A DNA stretch of 64,000 nucleotides from Flavobacteriales bacterium (GCA_035325445.1 DAOKZW010000006.1:23776-87775), one strand, 5' to 3'; positions 11,635 to 20,691 are shown, counted from the first letter of the stretch. Notes: generated by a model from the letters alone, not told the origin. Made by a program: numbers and translations.

Positions 11635-12218
11635 TGTCCGTTTTCGTATTCCCGGCCGATCATTTTCCGGAATGCCCTCAATTTCATCATGCATCGGTAT
11701 TTGATGGTCCGGATGCTTTCCTCTTCCACGCCCAGTTCCTGTGCGATGGTGGCCAGGTCCTTCCGTTCAAAGTAGAATTGGTCCAGCACTTGGCGGCACT
11801 TGGCGTCCAGTTGTGCATACACCTCGCGCAAGCGCAGGATCCGCTCCTCCATCTCCTGTATTTCACCGGCCCCGGAGTGGTCGATATGGATGTCATGTAG
11901 CACTCGCATGTTCTTTTTTGCTGCGGACCTCACCACGTCCAACCATTTGTTCTTGGCCACTTGGAACAGGAATCCACCGGGGTCCGGCATGGCCTGTATA
12001 TCGATGGCTCCTTGCTTCACCTTGGTCCAAAGCACCAGGAATGCTTCCTGGAACATGTCCTTGGCGTCGTCCGTGGTTCCGTTGTTCTCCAGCACATAGT
12101 GCTTCACGGCCGGAAAATGCCTGCTGTAAATATCCCGCACGGCCTGTGGCTCGTTGCGACGCAACCCATCCAACCACGGCATCGCGGCCGCTTTTGCGAC
12201 GAACATCGTTTTTATCAC
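11631..12218 (-). CDS. ECF-type RNA polymerase sigma-70 family factor
   Basis: Region 2 (FQEAFLVLWTKV...) and region 4 HTH (DLATIAQELGVEEESIRTIKYRCMMKLR). GTG start at 12218; alternative ATG at 12206. Confidence 0.8.
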   Translation of the reverse strand: MIKTMFVAKAAAMPWLDGLRRNEPQAVRDIYSRHFPAVKHYVLENNGTTDDAKDMFQEAFLVLWTKVKQGAIDIQAMPDPGGFLFQVAKNKWLDVVRSAAKKNMRVLHDIHIDHSGAGEIQEMEERILRLREVYAQLDAKCRQVLDQFYFERKDLATIAQELGVEEESIRTIKYRCMMKLRAFRKMIGREYENGQ

Positions 12219-12321
12219 GGCAAATGCGATCTGGACGACGATAATACAACAGAATAAGCTTATTTTCCATCCGCTTGGTGCTTGTTGATCATTGGGCGCT
12301 TGCCCATCCTACATCGGACCC

Positions 12322-12337
12322 GTTCAAAAATGTGAAC
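12322..12337. promoter_or_regulatory. palindromic motif GTTCAA-AAAT-GTGAAC in the divergent ECF-sigma / LuxR intergenic region
   Basis: Read directly in sequence. A near-identical GTTCAA-TAC-GTGAAC lies at 38586-38600 in front of the antitoxin gene. Confidence 0.35.
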
Positions 12338-12475
12338 AGGGGCGCGCGGTGCGAGGGTGTCCGGAATGTCGTTCCTCCGCCATGGGCCCGAGGCGATGCT
12401 TGGTGGTGCTTTACGGGATCATGACCCGGAAAAGGCCGTGCGGCCGTTCACATTCGGTGGTCATCCCCGATAAGT

Positions 12476-12940
12476 GTGAAAGCAGACTTCATGGCACACC
12501 CAGACTCATCGTCCCATTCTCCTATTCCGGGCCAACAGGTTGGCGCGATCATTATTCTAAGCAACACCGTCCCGACCCTTGATGCCGAGGGCACATCCAT
12601 GACAGGGTTCCTGGTGCACGCCCGTGACCCTGCCGCCATTTTGTATGCTTTGCGCGACCTGTGTGCCGGCCATGAGCCCGTCGGTGAGTCCGCGCAACGC
12701 GTGCGGCTCACCTTGCACAAGGCGGATGGCACCGTTGGCGGCCATGGGTTGAGCCCGCGTGAACAGGAGGTGCTTTGCGGCCTTTCCAAAGGTTTGAGCT
12801 ACAAGATGATCGCCAATGAATTGCACATCAGTTTCGAGACGGTGCGCAGCCATGTCAAGGGCATTTACCTGAAAATGGATGTGAAGAACAACACGGCCGC
12901 CGTGGCCAAGGCCATCCATTGCGGCCTGGTGGCCGGCTGA
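12476..12940 (+). CDS. LuxR-family HTH DNA-binding protein
   Basis: C-terminal LuxR/GerE HTH (LSPREQEVLCGLSKGLSYKMIANELHISFETVRSHVKGIYLKM). The ~90-aa N-terminal region is unrecognised and the start is uncertain. Confidence 0.65.
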   Translation: MKADFMAHPDSSSHSPIPGQQVGAIIILSNTVPTLDAEGTSMTGFLVHARDPAAILYALRDLCAGHEPVGESAQRVRLTLHKADGTVGGHGLSPREQEVLCGLSKGLSYKMIANELHISFETVRSHVKGIYLKMDVKNNTAAVAKAIHCGLVAG

Positions 12941-12965
12941 TCCCGGTGCATCGGGAGGCTTGTGG

Positions 12966-14267
12966 CTACCCCCCTGTTGCTGGCGGCGTTCCGTCAATGA
13001 AGCCCTGCTCCACATCCTTCACCAGCAGGTTCACCAGGTCCACGCGGCCATGTGAGACATTGGTGACTGTAAAGCGGAAAGGGCCGTCCTCCACGATCTC
13101 GCCGGGCTCGGGCACGGTTCCCGTGCGGTTCATGATGTAGCCGGCGAGGGTATCATACTCCTCGCTTTCTTCCATGTTCAAGCCGAATTCGTCTACCAGG
13201 TGCTCCACCTCCACCCGCCCGCTGAAGACGAATTCGGCAGGCCCGATGCGTTGCTCCACGGTATCCTCGTCATCGTGTTCATCCTCGATATCGCCTACGA
13301 TTGTCTCCACCACATCCTCGATGGTGAGCATGCCTGCGGTTCCGCCGAATTCATCCACCACCACGGCGATATGGGTGCGTTGGCGCGTGAACATGCGCAG
13401 GACCTCATCTGCTGACATGGTGCCCGGGATGAAGTTGACCGTGTGCAGGATGGACCTTATGCTGCGTGGTCTTTTGAACATCTCATAGCTGTGCACGTAG
13501 CCGATGATGTTGTCGATGCCGTCCTTATGGATAAGCAGTTTGGTGAGGCCGGTTGCATGGAATCGCTTGGCGAGCTCGGCGATGGGCTCGTCCACGTCCA
13601 AGGCCTCGATATCGGCCCTTGGCACCATCAGGTCGCGAGCCTTGGTGTGGCTAAGTTCCAGGGTGTTCCTGAAGTATTCCACCTCGGCCTCCACTTCCTT
13701 GTCCGGCGAGTCTGTTTCACTCACCTCTTGCAGGAAAGCATCGAGGTCGATCCGCCCGAAACCGGCCTTTCCCATATTGGGTTTCACACCGGCCAGGCGC
13801 AGGATGCCTTCGCTGATGGTGGTCAGCAGCATGGTGGGCACCCACATCAAGATGAAGATCAGTCCCAAGGGCAACGCGAAAACGCTGAGCACCCCGTTGG
13901 GGTCCAGCCGGAACAAGGCCTTGGGCAGGAATTCCCCCACCACGAGGATGGCCATGGTGCTCAACAGCGTTTGCATCGCCAAGACGAACCCTTCATTGGG
14001 GTACAGGTTGCGGAGCCCGGGCTCGAGCCACTTGGCCATGAGTATGCCGTAGATGACCAGTGCTATGGTATTGCCCACCAGCAAGGCACTGATGACCCTG
14101 GCCGGTTTCTTCATCAATGCGGCCACCAGCTTGGCCCAAATGGCGCCTTGCTTGCGCTGGAGCTCGATATAGAGCTTATTGCTGCTTACCAAGGCGATCT
14201 CCAATCCTGAGCAAAGGGCGGACACGAGCACGGCTGCCAGGAGGAGGATCACATCAAAGGGGGCCAT
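12966..14267 (-). CDS. CNNM/CorC/HlyC-family membrane protein (DUF21 + CBS pair + CorC_HlyC; GldE-like)
   Basis: N-terminal 4-TM DUF21, CBS-domain region and C-terminal transporter-associated domain; 433 aa. Confidence 0.85.
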   Translation of the reverse strand: MAPFDVILLLAAVLVSALCSGLEIALVSSNKLYIELQRKQGAIWAKLVAALMKKPARVISALLVGNTIALVIYGILMAKWLEPGLRNLYPNEGFVLAMQTLLSTMAILVVGEFLPKALFRLDPNGVLSVFALPLGLIFILMWVPTMLLTTISEGILRLAGVKPNMGKAGFGRIDLDAFLQEVSETDSPDKEVEAEVEYFRNTLELSHTKARDLMVPRADIEALDVDEPIAELAKRFHATGLTKLLIHKDGIDNIIGYVHSYEMFKRPRSIRSILHTVNFIPGTMSADEVLRMFTRQRTHIAVVVDEFGGTAGMLTIEDVVETIVGDIEDEHDDEDTVEQRIGPAEFVFSGRVEVEHLVDEFGLNMEESEEYDTLAGYIMNRTGTVPEPGEIVEDGPFRFTVTNVSHGRVDLVNLLVKDVEQGFIDGTPPATGG

Positions 14268-14314
14268 CGATCCAATATTTGCCGCACCGGCGCGGCTTCA
14301 TTGCGTACTTGGTC

Positions 14315-14542
14315 CTACTTGGGCTTGCTGCCTTGGGCATTTCGTTGCTGTTCGGCCCACTGGGCCATTCTGCCCCGCATGAACCGGCGATACCCCCACA
14401 TGGCCGTGGCCACGGCGGGAAAGAGCAACCACACGCGGCCTTTGTCCCATCCGTGCACCGCCAGCACATAAATGGCCCACACCCCGCTGATCACGGCCAG
14501 CACGAGCCAGAATATCTCCATGATGCGCGCAAGCTTCTCCAT
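14315..14542 (-). CDS. small two-TM membrane protein (hypothetical)
   Basis: 75-aa ORF with two hydrophobic helices. Start overlaps the upstream stop (TGATG at 14540-14544). Confidence 0.4.
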   Translation of the reverse strand: MEKLARIMEIFWLVLAVISGVWAIYVLAVHGWDKGRVWLLFPAVATAMWGYRRFMRGRMAQWAEQQRNAQGSKPK

Positions 14543-15114
14543 CAGTTGTTCGTGTTGCCTGGTGCCAAGGTATCGTTTCGGTCCATGAAAAGCGTGCCCG
14601 TCACCTTGCGGATCGCATATCTGCTAAAATCCTCCGCGGCATCCAGGCCCTGCCCATAAATGATATCCTGGTCCCGGGTGATCATCACCGGGCGGTCGGT
14701 GTACACCTTCCCGCTATCCTGGCCCCAGGTGAGCAATTCCGTTTCCAGTTGTTCGCCCCTTGTATTCTTGAACACCACTTTCTCCTCCACCACCATTTTT
14801 CCTGTCGCTTGGTCTATCCTTCCCCTTCTTGCCGTCAGGCGGCTCCCTTCCTTCCCATCGGGGTCGAAGAAGGTGAGCTCCACCCCGTCCTGCAGCTCCG
14901 TGCGGGGCCGTTCACCGGCGTACTCCCGTATAGTTCCCGCCCTCAGCCTGTTGCGTACCAGGCCGCTGTCGGAGTAGATGTATTCCGCCCCTTGGGTGAT
15001 CCGCACGGCCCCATCATTGCGCACCTCGATGGCCGCGACCCGGTCGAGGTCGTTCTTGCAGGCCAAAAGGATGCACAGACCCGCGCACAGCCCGATCAGG
15101 CGGCCCTTTGTCAT
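14542..15114 (-). CDS. LptC-like periplasmic lipoprotein
   Basis: Lipobox CAGLCILLAC. Repeated beta-strand pattern typical of the LptC/OstA fold. Sits in the coaX / OMP / lptC / CNNM arrangement common in Bacteroidota. Confidence 0.45.
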   Translation of the reverse strand: MTKGRLIGLCAGLCILLACKNDLDRVAAIEVRNDGAVRITQGAEYIYSDSGLVRNRLRAGTIREYAGERPRTELQDGVELTFFDPDGKEGSRLTARRGRIDQATGKMVVEEKVVFKNTRGEQLETELLTWGQDSGKVYTDRPVMITRDQDIIYGQGLDAAEDFSRYAIRKVTGTLFMDRNDTLAPGNTNN

Positions 15115-16448
15115 TGGATCTTCGATGGCACGAACCAGCGCTCGCCCCGCCATGGGGTAAATGACACGCCCAGCCACAAGGCGGCGTGGCGCTCGCGCAG
15201 GAGGCCGTTGTCGGTGGTGCCCCGCAGGCCATACTCGCCCCCCAGGTTCAGCCAGCTGTTGGTCTGCACCGCATTCAGCGGTATTGAAACACCGGCCGAT
15301 ATCGTGGATCCGGTCAGTTCTTGGCCGCGCACTTCTTGCGCCGTTTGCTCGTGCCGGATGCCCAGGCGGTAGGCGGTCCGCTTGAACAACCCGCCATCGC
15401 CCCCGGGCCTGAAGCGCAGGGCTGCGGCATAGGTTACCGCATCACGCATGGGTGCGGCCGGCACGTAACCGGGCACCTCCATTTTCGCCGCCCCCCAGTT
15501 TCGGCGTTGCATCTGCACGGTAGCGGCCCAGCGGCCGTTGAGCACTCCCAGGCCCAGGCCGATGCCTGCCGGCACGGAAATACTTCCCCGGGCATGGCCC
15601 TCCTCGGCCACGGTATCGCGCACGGTCTCGAAGCCCTGTGTTTCCACGTACGTGGTGACCGTGCCGTTGTATTTCGCCCTGAACTCCGCAGGCAGGGATG
15701 CCGATAGCCCGACCGACCACCGCCAGTTATCGTCATCCCGATCCCTTTTCTTGGTCAGGTCGCCTTGCCAAATGAGGCTGGCGGCGGCCGTGGGTGACCT
15801 GAGCACCAAGGCTGAGAACGCCCTCACATTGTTGTATCCGGCATCTCTGGGGTACTCCGCTTCGCGGGTCTGTTCCACGCTTCCGAAGAGGAAATTGAAA
15901 TCGGCGCCCAGCGCCACCCGCATGCCCATGTTTCCGATGGAATCGGCCCGTTGCTGGTACAGGTTGCGGCCCAGCCCGAAGAAGGCCTTGTCCAATCCCC
16001 CGCTTCCGCTGTATTTGTATTTCACGGGGTATCCCTCCACCTCGGTTGCCCTCACCATGGCGTAATCCACCTCGCTGAACGGGGTCAGGCCCATGGCCAT
16101 TCCCCACTTGCCGGCCCCGAATGGCACACCGATGGCAAATCCGGTAAACCGCGCATCCTTGCGGGTGCTGCTGGCCTCCACGGAGCTGCTGCGCGTGGTC
16201 CTGATGGAAACACCGACATCGAACACCGGCCTGGCCAAGGAGACATAGCCTGCCGGATTGCCGGTGACAACGCTGTATGGCTCGGTGATGGCCAGGCCGG
16301 TACCGCCCATCATGGCTTGTGTGGCCTGGCCTGTGGCCAGCATGTCGCCCAGGCCGTAAGCGCTGTATGGCGACCCGCCCCCGCCCTGTGCGGCAGCCTC
16401 CATGGCCCCCAGATTACCGATCAGCAGAAGGAGAAGGAAGCGTTTCAT
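15111..16448 (-). CDS. outer-membrane beta-barrel protein (hypothetical; FadL/porin-like)
   Basis: Signal peptide MKRFLLLLLIGNLGAMEAAAQ. Alternating amphipathic beta-strand pattern. C-terminal aromatic residue (…KIQ end; terminal F/W-rich strand). Confidence 0.5.
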   Translation of the reverse strand: MKRFLLLLLIGNLGAMEAAAQGGGGSPYSAYGLGDMLATGQATQAMMGGTGLAITEPYSVVTGNPAGYVSLARPVFDVGVSIRTTRSSSVEASSTRKDARFTGFAIGVPFGAGKWGMAMGLTPFSEVDYAMVRATEVEGYPVKYKYSGSGGLDKAFFGLGRNLYQQRADSIGNMGMRVALGADFNFLFGSVEQTREAEYPRDAGYNNVRAFSALVLRSPTAAASLIWQGDLTKKRDRDDDNWRWSVGLSASLPAEFRAKYNGTVTTYVETQGFETVRDTVAEEGHARGSISVPAGIGLGLGVLNGRWAATVQMQRRNWGAAKMEVPGYVPAAPMRDAVTYAAALRFRPGGDGGLFKRTAYRLGIRHEQTAQEVRGQELTGSTISAGVSIPLNAVQTNSWLNLGGEYGLRGTTDNGLLRERHAALWLGVSFTPWRGERWFVPSKIQ

Positions 16449-17175
16449 GGTGGGCAAGTGCATGGAGGCCGAGGAGGGTGAGCGCCGGGTGCGCAAAGAT
16501 GCCGCATTTCAGGGCCCTTGCTGCACGTACCGCATCGCCGCCGGTCAACACCACGGCCAGTCTTGGGAATTGTTGTTGAAAAAGGCCGATGTAGCCCTGC
16601 AGCTCCATCAGCACTCCATAGTGCACCCCTGCGGCCAAGCTGGAGCGGGTGTCCGTTCCGGGCAGCACCGGATCTTCGGGCGGCTCCACCTGGGGTAACC
16701 TGGCGCTGAAGGCATGCATGGCCTTGGCACGCATCCTCAGCCCCGGGGCTATGATACCTCCGCGGTGGATGCCTTGCGCATCTATGAGGTCGTGGGTGAT
16801 GCAGGTACCCAGGTCGATGGCCAGTACCGGCCTGCCGGGAAACAGGGCGGCCGCGGCCGCCACATTGGCCAGCCGGTCCACCCCGAGCGTGGCCTTGGTG
16901 GCATACACGCTGGGCACCGGGGATGGTGAATCACCCCGGATCACGGTTACCGGGGCCAGCTCGCCCAACGCCTTCAGGAATGGCTCGTCCGTGGCGGCCA
17001 CCGAACCCATGATGCAGCGGGCCGGCCGTCTTCCGCCCAAAAGGTCCCGCACGCCGGGCATATCGCCATGGGGCATTTGGCGCACGGCCTGCAGCCGGTG
17101 GCCTGCAAACAGGCCCGCCTTCATGGATGAATTTCCCACGTCGAGGACCAATTCCGGGCCATCATGCTCTTCCAT
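16414..17175 (-). CDS. coaX: type III pantothenate kinase
   Basis: LDVGNSSMK N-terminal motif and GTCITHD motif of the Bvg accessory factor / CoaX family. Confidence 0.85.
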   Translation of the reverse strand: MEEHDGPELVLDVGNSSMKAGLFAGHRLQAVRQMPHGDMPGVRDLLGGRRPARCIMGSVAATDEPFLKALGELAPVTVIRGDSPSPVPSVYATKATLGVDRLANVAAAAALFPGRPVLAIDLGTCITHDLIDAQGIHRGGIIAPGLRMRAKAMHAFSARLPQVEPPEDPVLPGTDTRSSLAAGVHYGVLMELQGYIGLFQQQFPRLAVVLTGGDAVRAARALKCGIFAHPALTLLGLHALAHHETLPSPSADR

Positions 17176-17243
17176 TCACCGAACCAGCTATATTTGCCGC
17201 CCCTTCGCGCGGGATTTCCCGCAAAGATGGCGACGAAGATCTT

Positions 17244-17319
17244 GGTGCCTTAGCTCAGCTGGTAGAGCAATGGATTGAAAATCCATGTGTCCCCAGTTCG
17301 ATTCTGGGAGGCACCACCA
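17244..17319 (+). tRNA. tRNA-Phe (GAA), CCA encoded
   Basis: Cloverleaf folded by hand. Acceptor GGTGCCT/AGGCACC, D-arm AGCTCAGCTGGTAGAGC, anticodon loop TTGAAAA (GAA), T-arm GTTCGATTC, 3' CCA at 17317-17319. Confidence 0.9.
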
Positions 17320-17354
17320 CGACAGGGCCTCCGCTGCGCGGGGGCCCTGTTTTT

Positions 17355-17972
17355 TCAGCCCCTGTCCCACTCGTTCCCTTGGTGGTTGAGCAGCCATTGG
17401 CGCACCTGCGCCAAGTGCTTTTGCTTGACCTGCTCCCGTGATCGCCTGGCGAAATCGGTGTGGTACACATGCTTGACCAGGAAGTTCTCCTGCAACCGGT
17501 TCCACGCATGGCGGCCGTCCAGTTCACCCTGCATCGTCAACTCATGGAAAAGGCGATCGCCGATGATGAAAAAATCGTCGCGGCCCAAATAATCCAGGTC
17601 TGCATCACACAGCACCCGGGCCATCAGCTCCTCTGGAGCCTGCGGAATGGCCGTGGCCATGATCAAAGCACAGATGCGTTGCACCTGGTGCGGCGTGTAT
17701 CCAAAGCGCGGCAGGTGTTCCTGCGCGAGCATGCAACTGCCCCCCTCATGGTGCTCCGGCTTCACCAGGAAACCTGCATCATGGAACAAGGCCGCCGTGG
17801 CCAAGATCTCCAGATCCTCGCCGCTTATGCCTTCCCGCCCCCCGATGCGCATGGCGGCATCATGCACATCCAAGGTGTGCTCCACGGAATGGTAGGTACG
17901 AAAACTCGGCAGCCCCAACATCAGTTCCCCGAGTATGAATGCCTTGGCAGCTTCCTTGTTCATGGGCGACAT
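17355..17972 (-). CDS. HD-domain phosphohydrolase
   Basis: HD motif H..H...D (YHSVEHTLDVHDAAMRIG...LFHDAGF). Start chosen at MSPMNKEAAKAF. Confidence 0.7.
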   Translation of the reverse strand: MSPMNKEAAKAFILGELMLGLPSFRTYHSVEHTLDVHDAAMRIGGREGISGEDLEILATAALFHDAGFLVKPEHHEGGSCMLAQEHLPRFGYTPHQVQRICALIMATAIPQAPEELMARVLCDADLDYLGRDDFFIIGDRLFHELTMQGELDGRHAWNRLQENFLVKHVYHTDFARRSREQVKQKHLAQVRQWLLNHQGNEWDRG

Positions 17973-18118
17973 GCTTGCAAGATTAGTGCGTACGCGCTTG
18001 GCATCCTTGGTCCATGCCCCAACAACGGCCCGTCCCACCCTTTATTTCCCCTCCATCCACATGCACGCCTGGGCGCTTCGAAGGCGTGCCACAACCCCGC
18101 CAACGCTAATTTTGGGCC

Positions 18119-19078
18119 ATGGCGCGCCCCGCCCCCCGGACCCCGGTGCTGCTTTTCGGCTTCCTGGCATTCTACATCCTGCTGCAGTCTGCGTGGTGGA
18201 TGTGGCTGCTGGTGAGCAAGGGCCAGGATGTTTTCGCCTTGCAGGAACAACTGTTGGCCGAGGGCTTGGTGCCGTTGGTGCCCGTGCGGTTACCGAAGCA
18301 CATGCTTTTGATGGTGCTGGGCGAAGGCATGGTGTTCCTTGTGCTGCTGCTGCTGGCGCTATGGATCACCTTCCGCACGCTGCGCCAAGAGCTTGCGCTG
18401 GCACGTCAACAACGCGATTTCCTCATGGCCGCGAGCCACGAGTTGCGCACGCCCATCGCGGCACTGAAGCTCCATCTCCAGACCCTGCAACGCCCGGACC
18501 TGAACCCGGAAAGCCGGGAGACCCTGGCCAGCAATGCCCGCCACGACGTGGCCCGGTTGCACGCCTTGGCCGAGCAGATCCTGCTGGCCAGTCGTTTGGA
18601 GGAACAGGCCATCACGCCCCAGTGGGAGGAAGTTGACATTGCCGCCTTGGCCCATGCGATGCTGGAGGAAGCAAGGGCATCCTATGGCCGCGAACATCTG
18701 CTGCATGGGGAGGCCCCCGGGGCGTTGTTGCTTTGGACGGACCCTTCGCTGTTCCGCACCGTGCTCGGCAACCTGCTCGAAAACGCCTGCAAATATTCGC
18801 CCCCCGGTTCTTCGATCACCGTGACGCTGGGCCATCAGCAGCACCAGGTCCAGCTCCGTGTAACGGACCAAGGCGCAGGCATCCCCGAGGCGGAGCGCCC
18901 CCTGATGTTCCGCAAATTCCACCGCGGTGGCGATGAGGCCACCCGAAGCACCAAGGGAACCGGGTTGGGGCTGTTCATCGTAAGAAGATTGATGGAGGAC
19001 CTCGGAGGGCGGATCGAGTACCGGCCTGCCCAACCAAACGGTTCCACCTTCATCGCCACATTTCCCGATCGCACATGA
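18119..19078 (+). CDS. sensor histidine kinase (2 TM, HisKA + HATPase_c)
   Basis: H-box ASHELRTPIAAL. G-boxes DQGAGIPEAE and GTGLGLFIVRRL. Two N-terminal TM helices. Confidence 0.85.
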   Translation: MARPAPRTPVLLFGFLAFYILLQSAWWMWLLVSKGQDVFALQEQLLAEGLVPLVPVRLPKHMLLMVLGEGMVFLVLLLLALWITFRTLRQELALARQQRDFLMAASHELRTPIAALKLHLQTLQRPDLNPESRETLASNARHDVARLHALAEQILLASRLEEQAITPQWEEVDIAALAHAMLEEARASYGREHLLHGEAPGALLLWTDPSLFRTVLGNLLENACKYSPPGSSITVTLGHQQHQVQLRVTDQGAGIPEAERPLMFRKFHRGGDEATRSTKGTGLGLFIVRRLMEDLGGRIEYRPAQPNGSTFIATFPDRT

Positions 19079-20607
19079 CCGACAAGAAAGCCGCATTGAT
19101 CATTTTGGACGGCTGGGGCATCGGTGCCGGTGACCATACCGATGCCATCGCCCAGGCCCACACCCCCTTCATGGACCATTTGGCGCACACCACGCCCCAT
19201 GCGCAACTGCGCACCGACGGCGAGCACGTTGGCCTGCCCAAGGGCCAAATGGGCAACAGCGAAGTGGGGCACCTGAACATCGGTGCCGGTCGCGTGGTCT
19301 ACCAGGACCTTGTGCGGATCGGCCAGGCCATCGAGGATGGGTCGTTCGGGCGCAATGCCGTCCTCCAAGCGGCCTTGCAGGAAGCTTCCAAGCCCGGCAA
19401 GCACCTGCATCTGATCGGGCTTATCGGCCATGGTGGGGTGCATGCCTCCAGCGAACACTTGGTGGCCCTGTGCCATGAGGCCGGGAAAGCAGGCTTGCGG
19501 GACGTATTCATCCATGCCTTCACGGACGGCCGCGACACGGACCCGCGCAGCGGGCTGGGGTTCATGCAGGAACTGCTGGAAAAAGTGAAGGATACCCCCG
19601 CCCGCGTGGCCAGCGTGAGCGGCCGCTATTACGCCATGGACCGCGACAAGCGTTGGGAACGGATCAAGCTGGCCTATGACACGCTGGTCCATGGCCAAGG
19701 CCCCCGCGCCACAAGCGCCATCGGGGCCATAGAAGCGAGCTATGCGCATGGTGTGACCGATGAATTCATCCTTCCCTCCACGGTTATGGATGCTGGCGGG
19801 CAACCTTTGGCCGTCATCCGCCCACACGACGTGGTGATATGCTTCAACTTCCGCACCGACCGTTGCCGGGAGATCACCGAGGCCCTCACGCAACGGGCAT
19901 TCCCTGAGCAGGGCATGGCGCCCCTGCCCTTGCATTACGTCACCATGACCTTGTATGACCACCGCTTCCAAGGGGTGGAGGTCATGTTCAACAAGCAGGA
20001 CCTCTCCAAGACCCTCGGCGAGACGGTGTCACTGGCAGGCTTGGGCCAGATCCGATTGGCCGAAACCGAGAAATACCCCCATGTCACCTTCTTCTTCAAT
20101 GGGGGCCGGGAGGAGCCCTTCCCGGGCGAAAAGCGGGCCATGGTGCCCTCTCCCAAGGTGGCCACTTACGACCTGCAACCCGAAATGAGCGCCGAAGGTG
20201 TGACCGAGGCTGCGATCAAGGAGATCGAGGAAGGTGATTCCAAATTGATGGTATTGAATTTCGCCAACCCGGACATGGTCGGCCACACCGGTGTCTTTCC
20301 GGCCATTGTGAAGGCGGTGGAGACCACCGATGCCTGCGCCCGTCGTGTTGTGGAGGCAGGACGGGCCAAGGGCTGGTCCTTCGTCATCATCGCCGACCAT
20401 GGCAACGCCGACAAGGCCATCAACCCGGACGGGTCGCCCAACACGGCCCACACCACCAACCCGGTCCCGGTGTTCGTGCTGTGCGACCAGCCTGTTTCCG
20501 TGCGCAATGGCATCCTGGCAGACGTGGCCCCCACCCTGCTGGACCTGCTCGGGCTGGCCCAACCGGCTGAGATGACGGGGCGGTCGCTGACCACCCCTGC
20601 ATCATAG
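19075..20607 (+). CDS. gpmI: 2,3-bisphosphoglycerate-independent phosphoglycerate mutase
   Basis: MTDKKAALIILDGWGIG... full-length 510-aa iPGM. ATGA overlap with the upstream kinase stop (19075-19078). Confidence 0.95.
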   Translation: MTDKKAALIILDGWGIGAGDHTDAIAQAHTPFMDHLAHTTPHAQLRTDGEHVGLPKGQMGNSEVGHLNIGAGRVVYQDLVRIGQAIEDGSFGRNAVLQAALQEASKPGKHLHLIGLIGHGGVHASSEHLVALCHEAGKAGLRDVFIHAFTDGRDTDPRSGLGFMQELLEKVKDTPARVASVSGRYYAMDRDKRWERIKLAYDTLVHGQGPRATSAIGAIEASYAHGVTDEFILPSTVMDAGGQPLAVIRPHDVVICFNFRTDRCREITEALTQRAFPEQGMAPLPLHYVTMTLYDHRFQGVEVMFNKQDLSKTLGETVSLAGLGQIRLAETEKYPHVTFFFNGGREEPFPGEKRAMVPSPKVATYDLQPEMSAEGVTEAAIKEIEEGDSKLMVLNFANPDMVGHTGVFPAIVKAVETTDACARRVVEAGRAKGWSFVIIADHGNADKAINPDGSPNTAHTTNPVPVFVLCDQPVSVRNGILADVAPTLLDLLGLAQPAEMTGRSLTTPAS

Positions 20608-20635
20608 GGGCCGCCTTTGGATATCGGAAATAAGC

Positions 20636-20677
20636 GGGCCGGGTGCCGAAGCTGAACACAGCCTTAGCACCCGGCCC
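20636..20677. terminator. stem-loop between convergent gpmI and a T9SS cargo gene
   Basis: 11-bp perfect inverted repeat GGGCCGGGTGC...GCACCCGGCCC with a ~20-nt loop. A possible bidirectional terminator. Confidence 0.4.
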
Positions 20678-20691
20678 GTCCCTTCTGCGGT

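Noticed and set aside
17176-17400. Possible integrated element at tRNA-Phe
   Set aside because: No integrase, direct repeat of the tRNA 3' end or compositional shift flanks the tRNA. The adjacent HD-domain gene has native GC.
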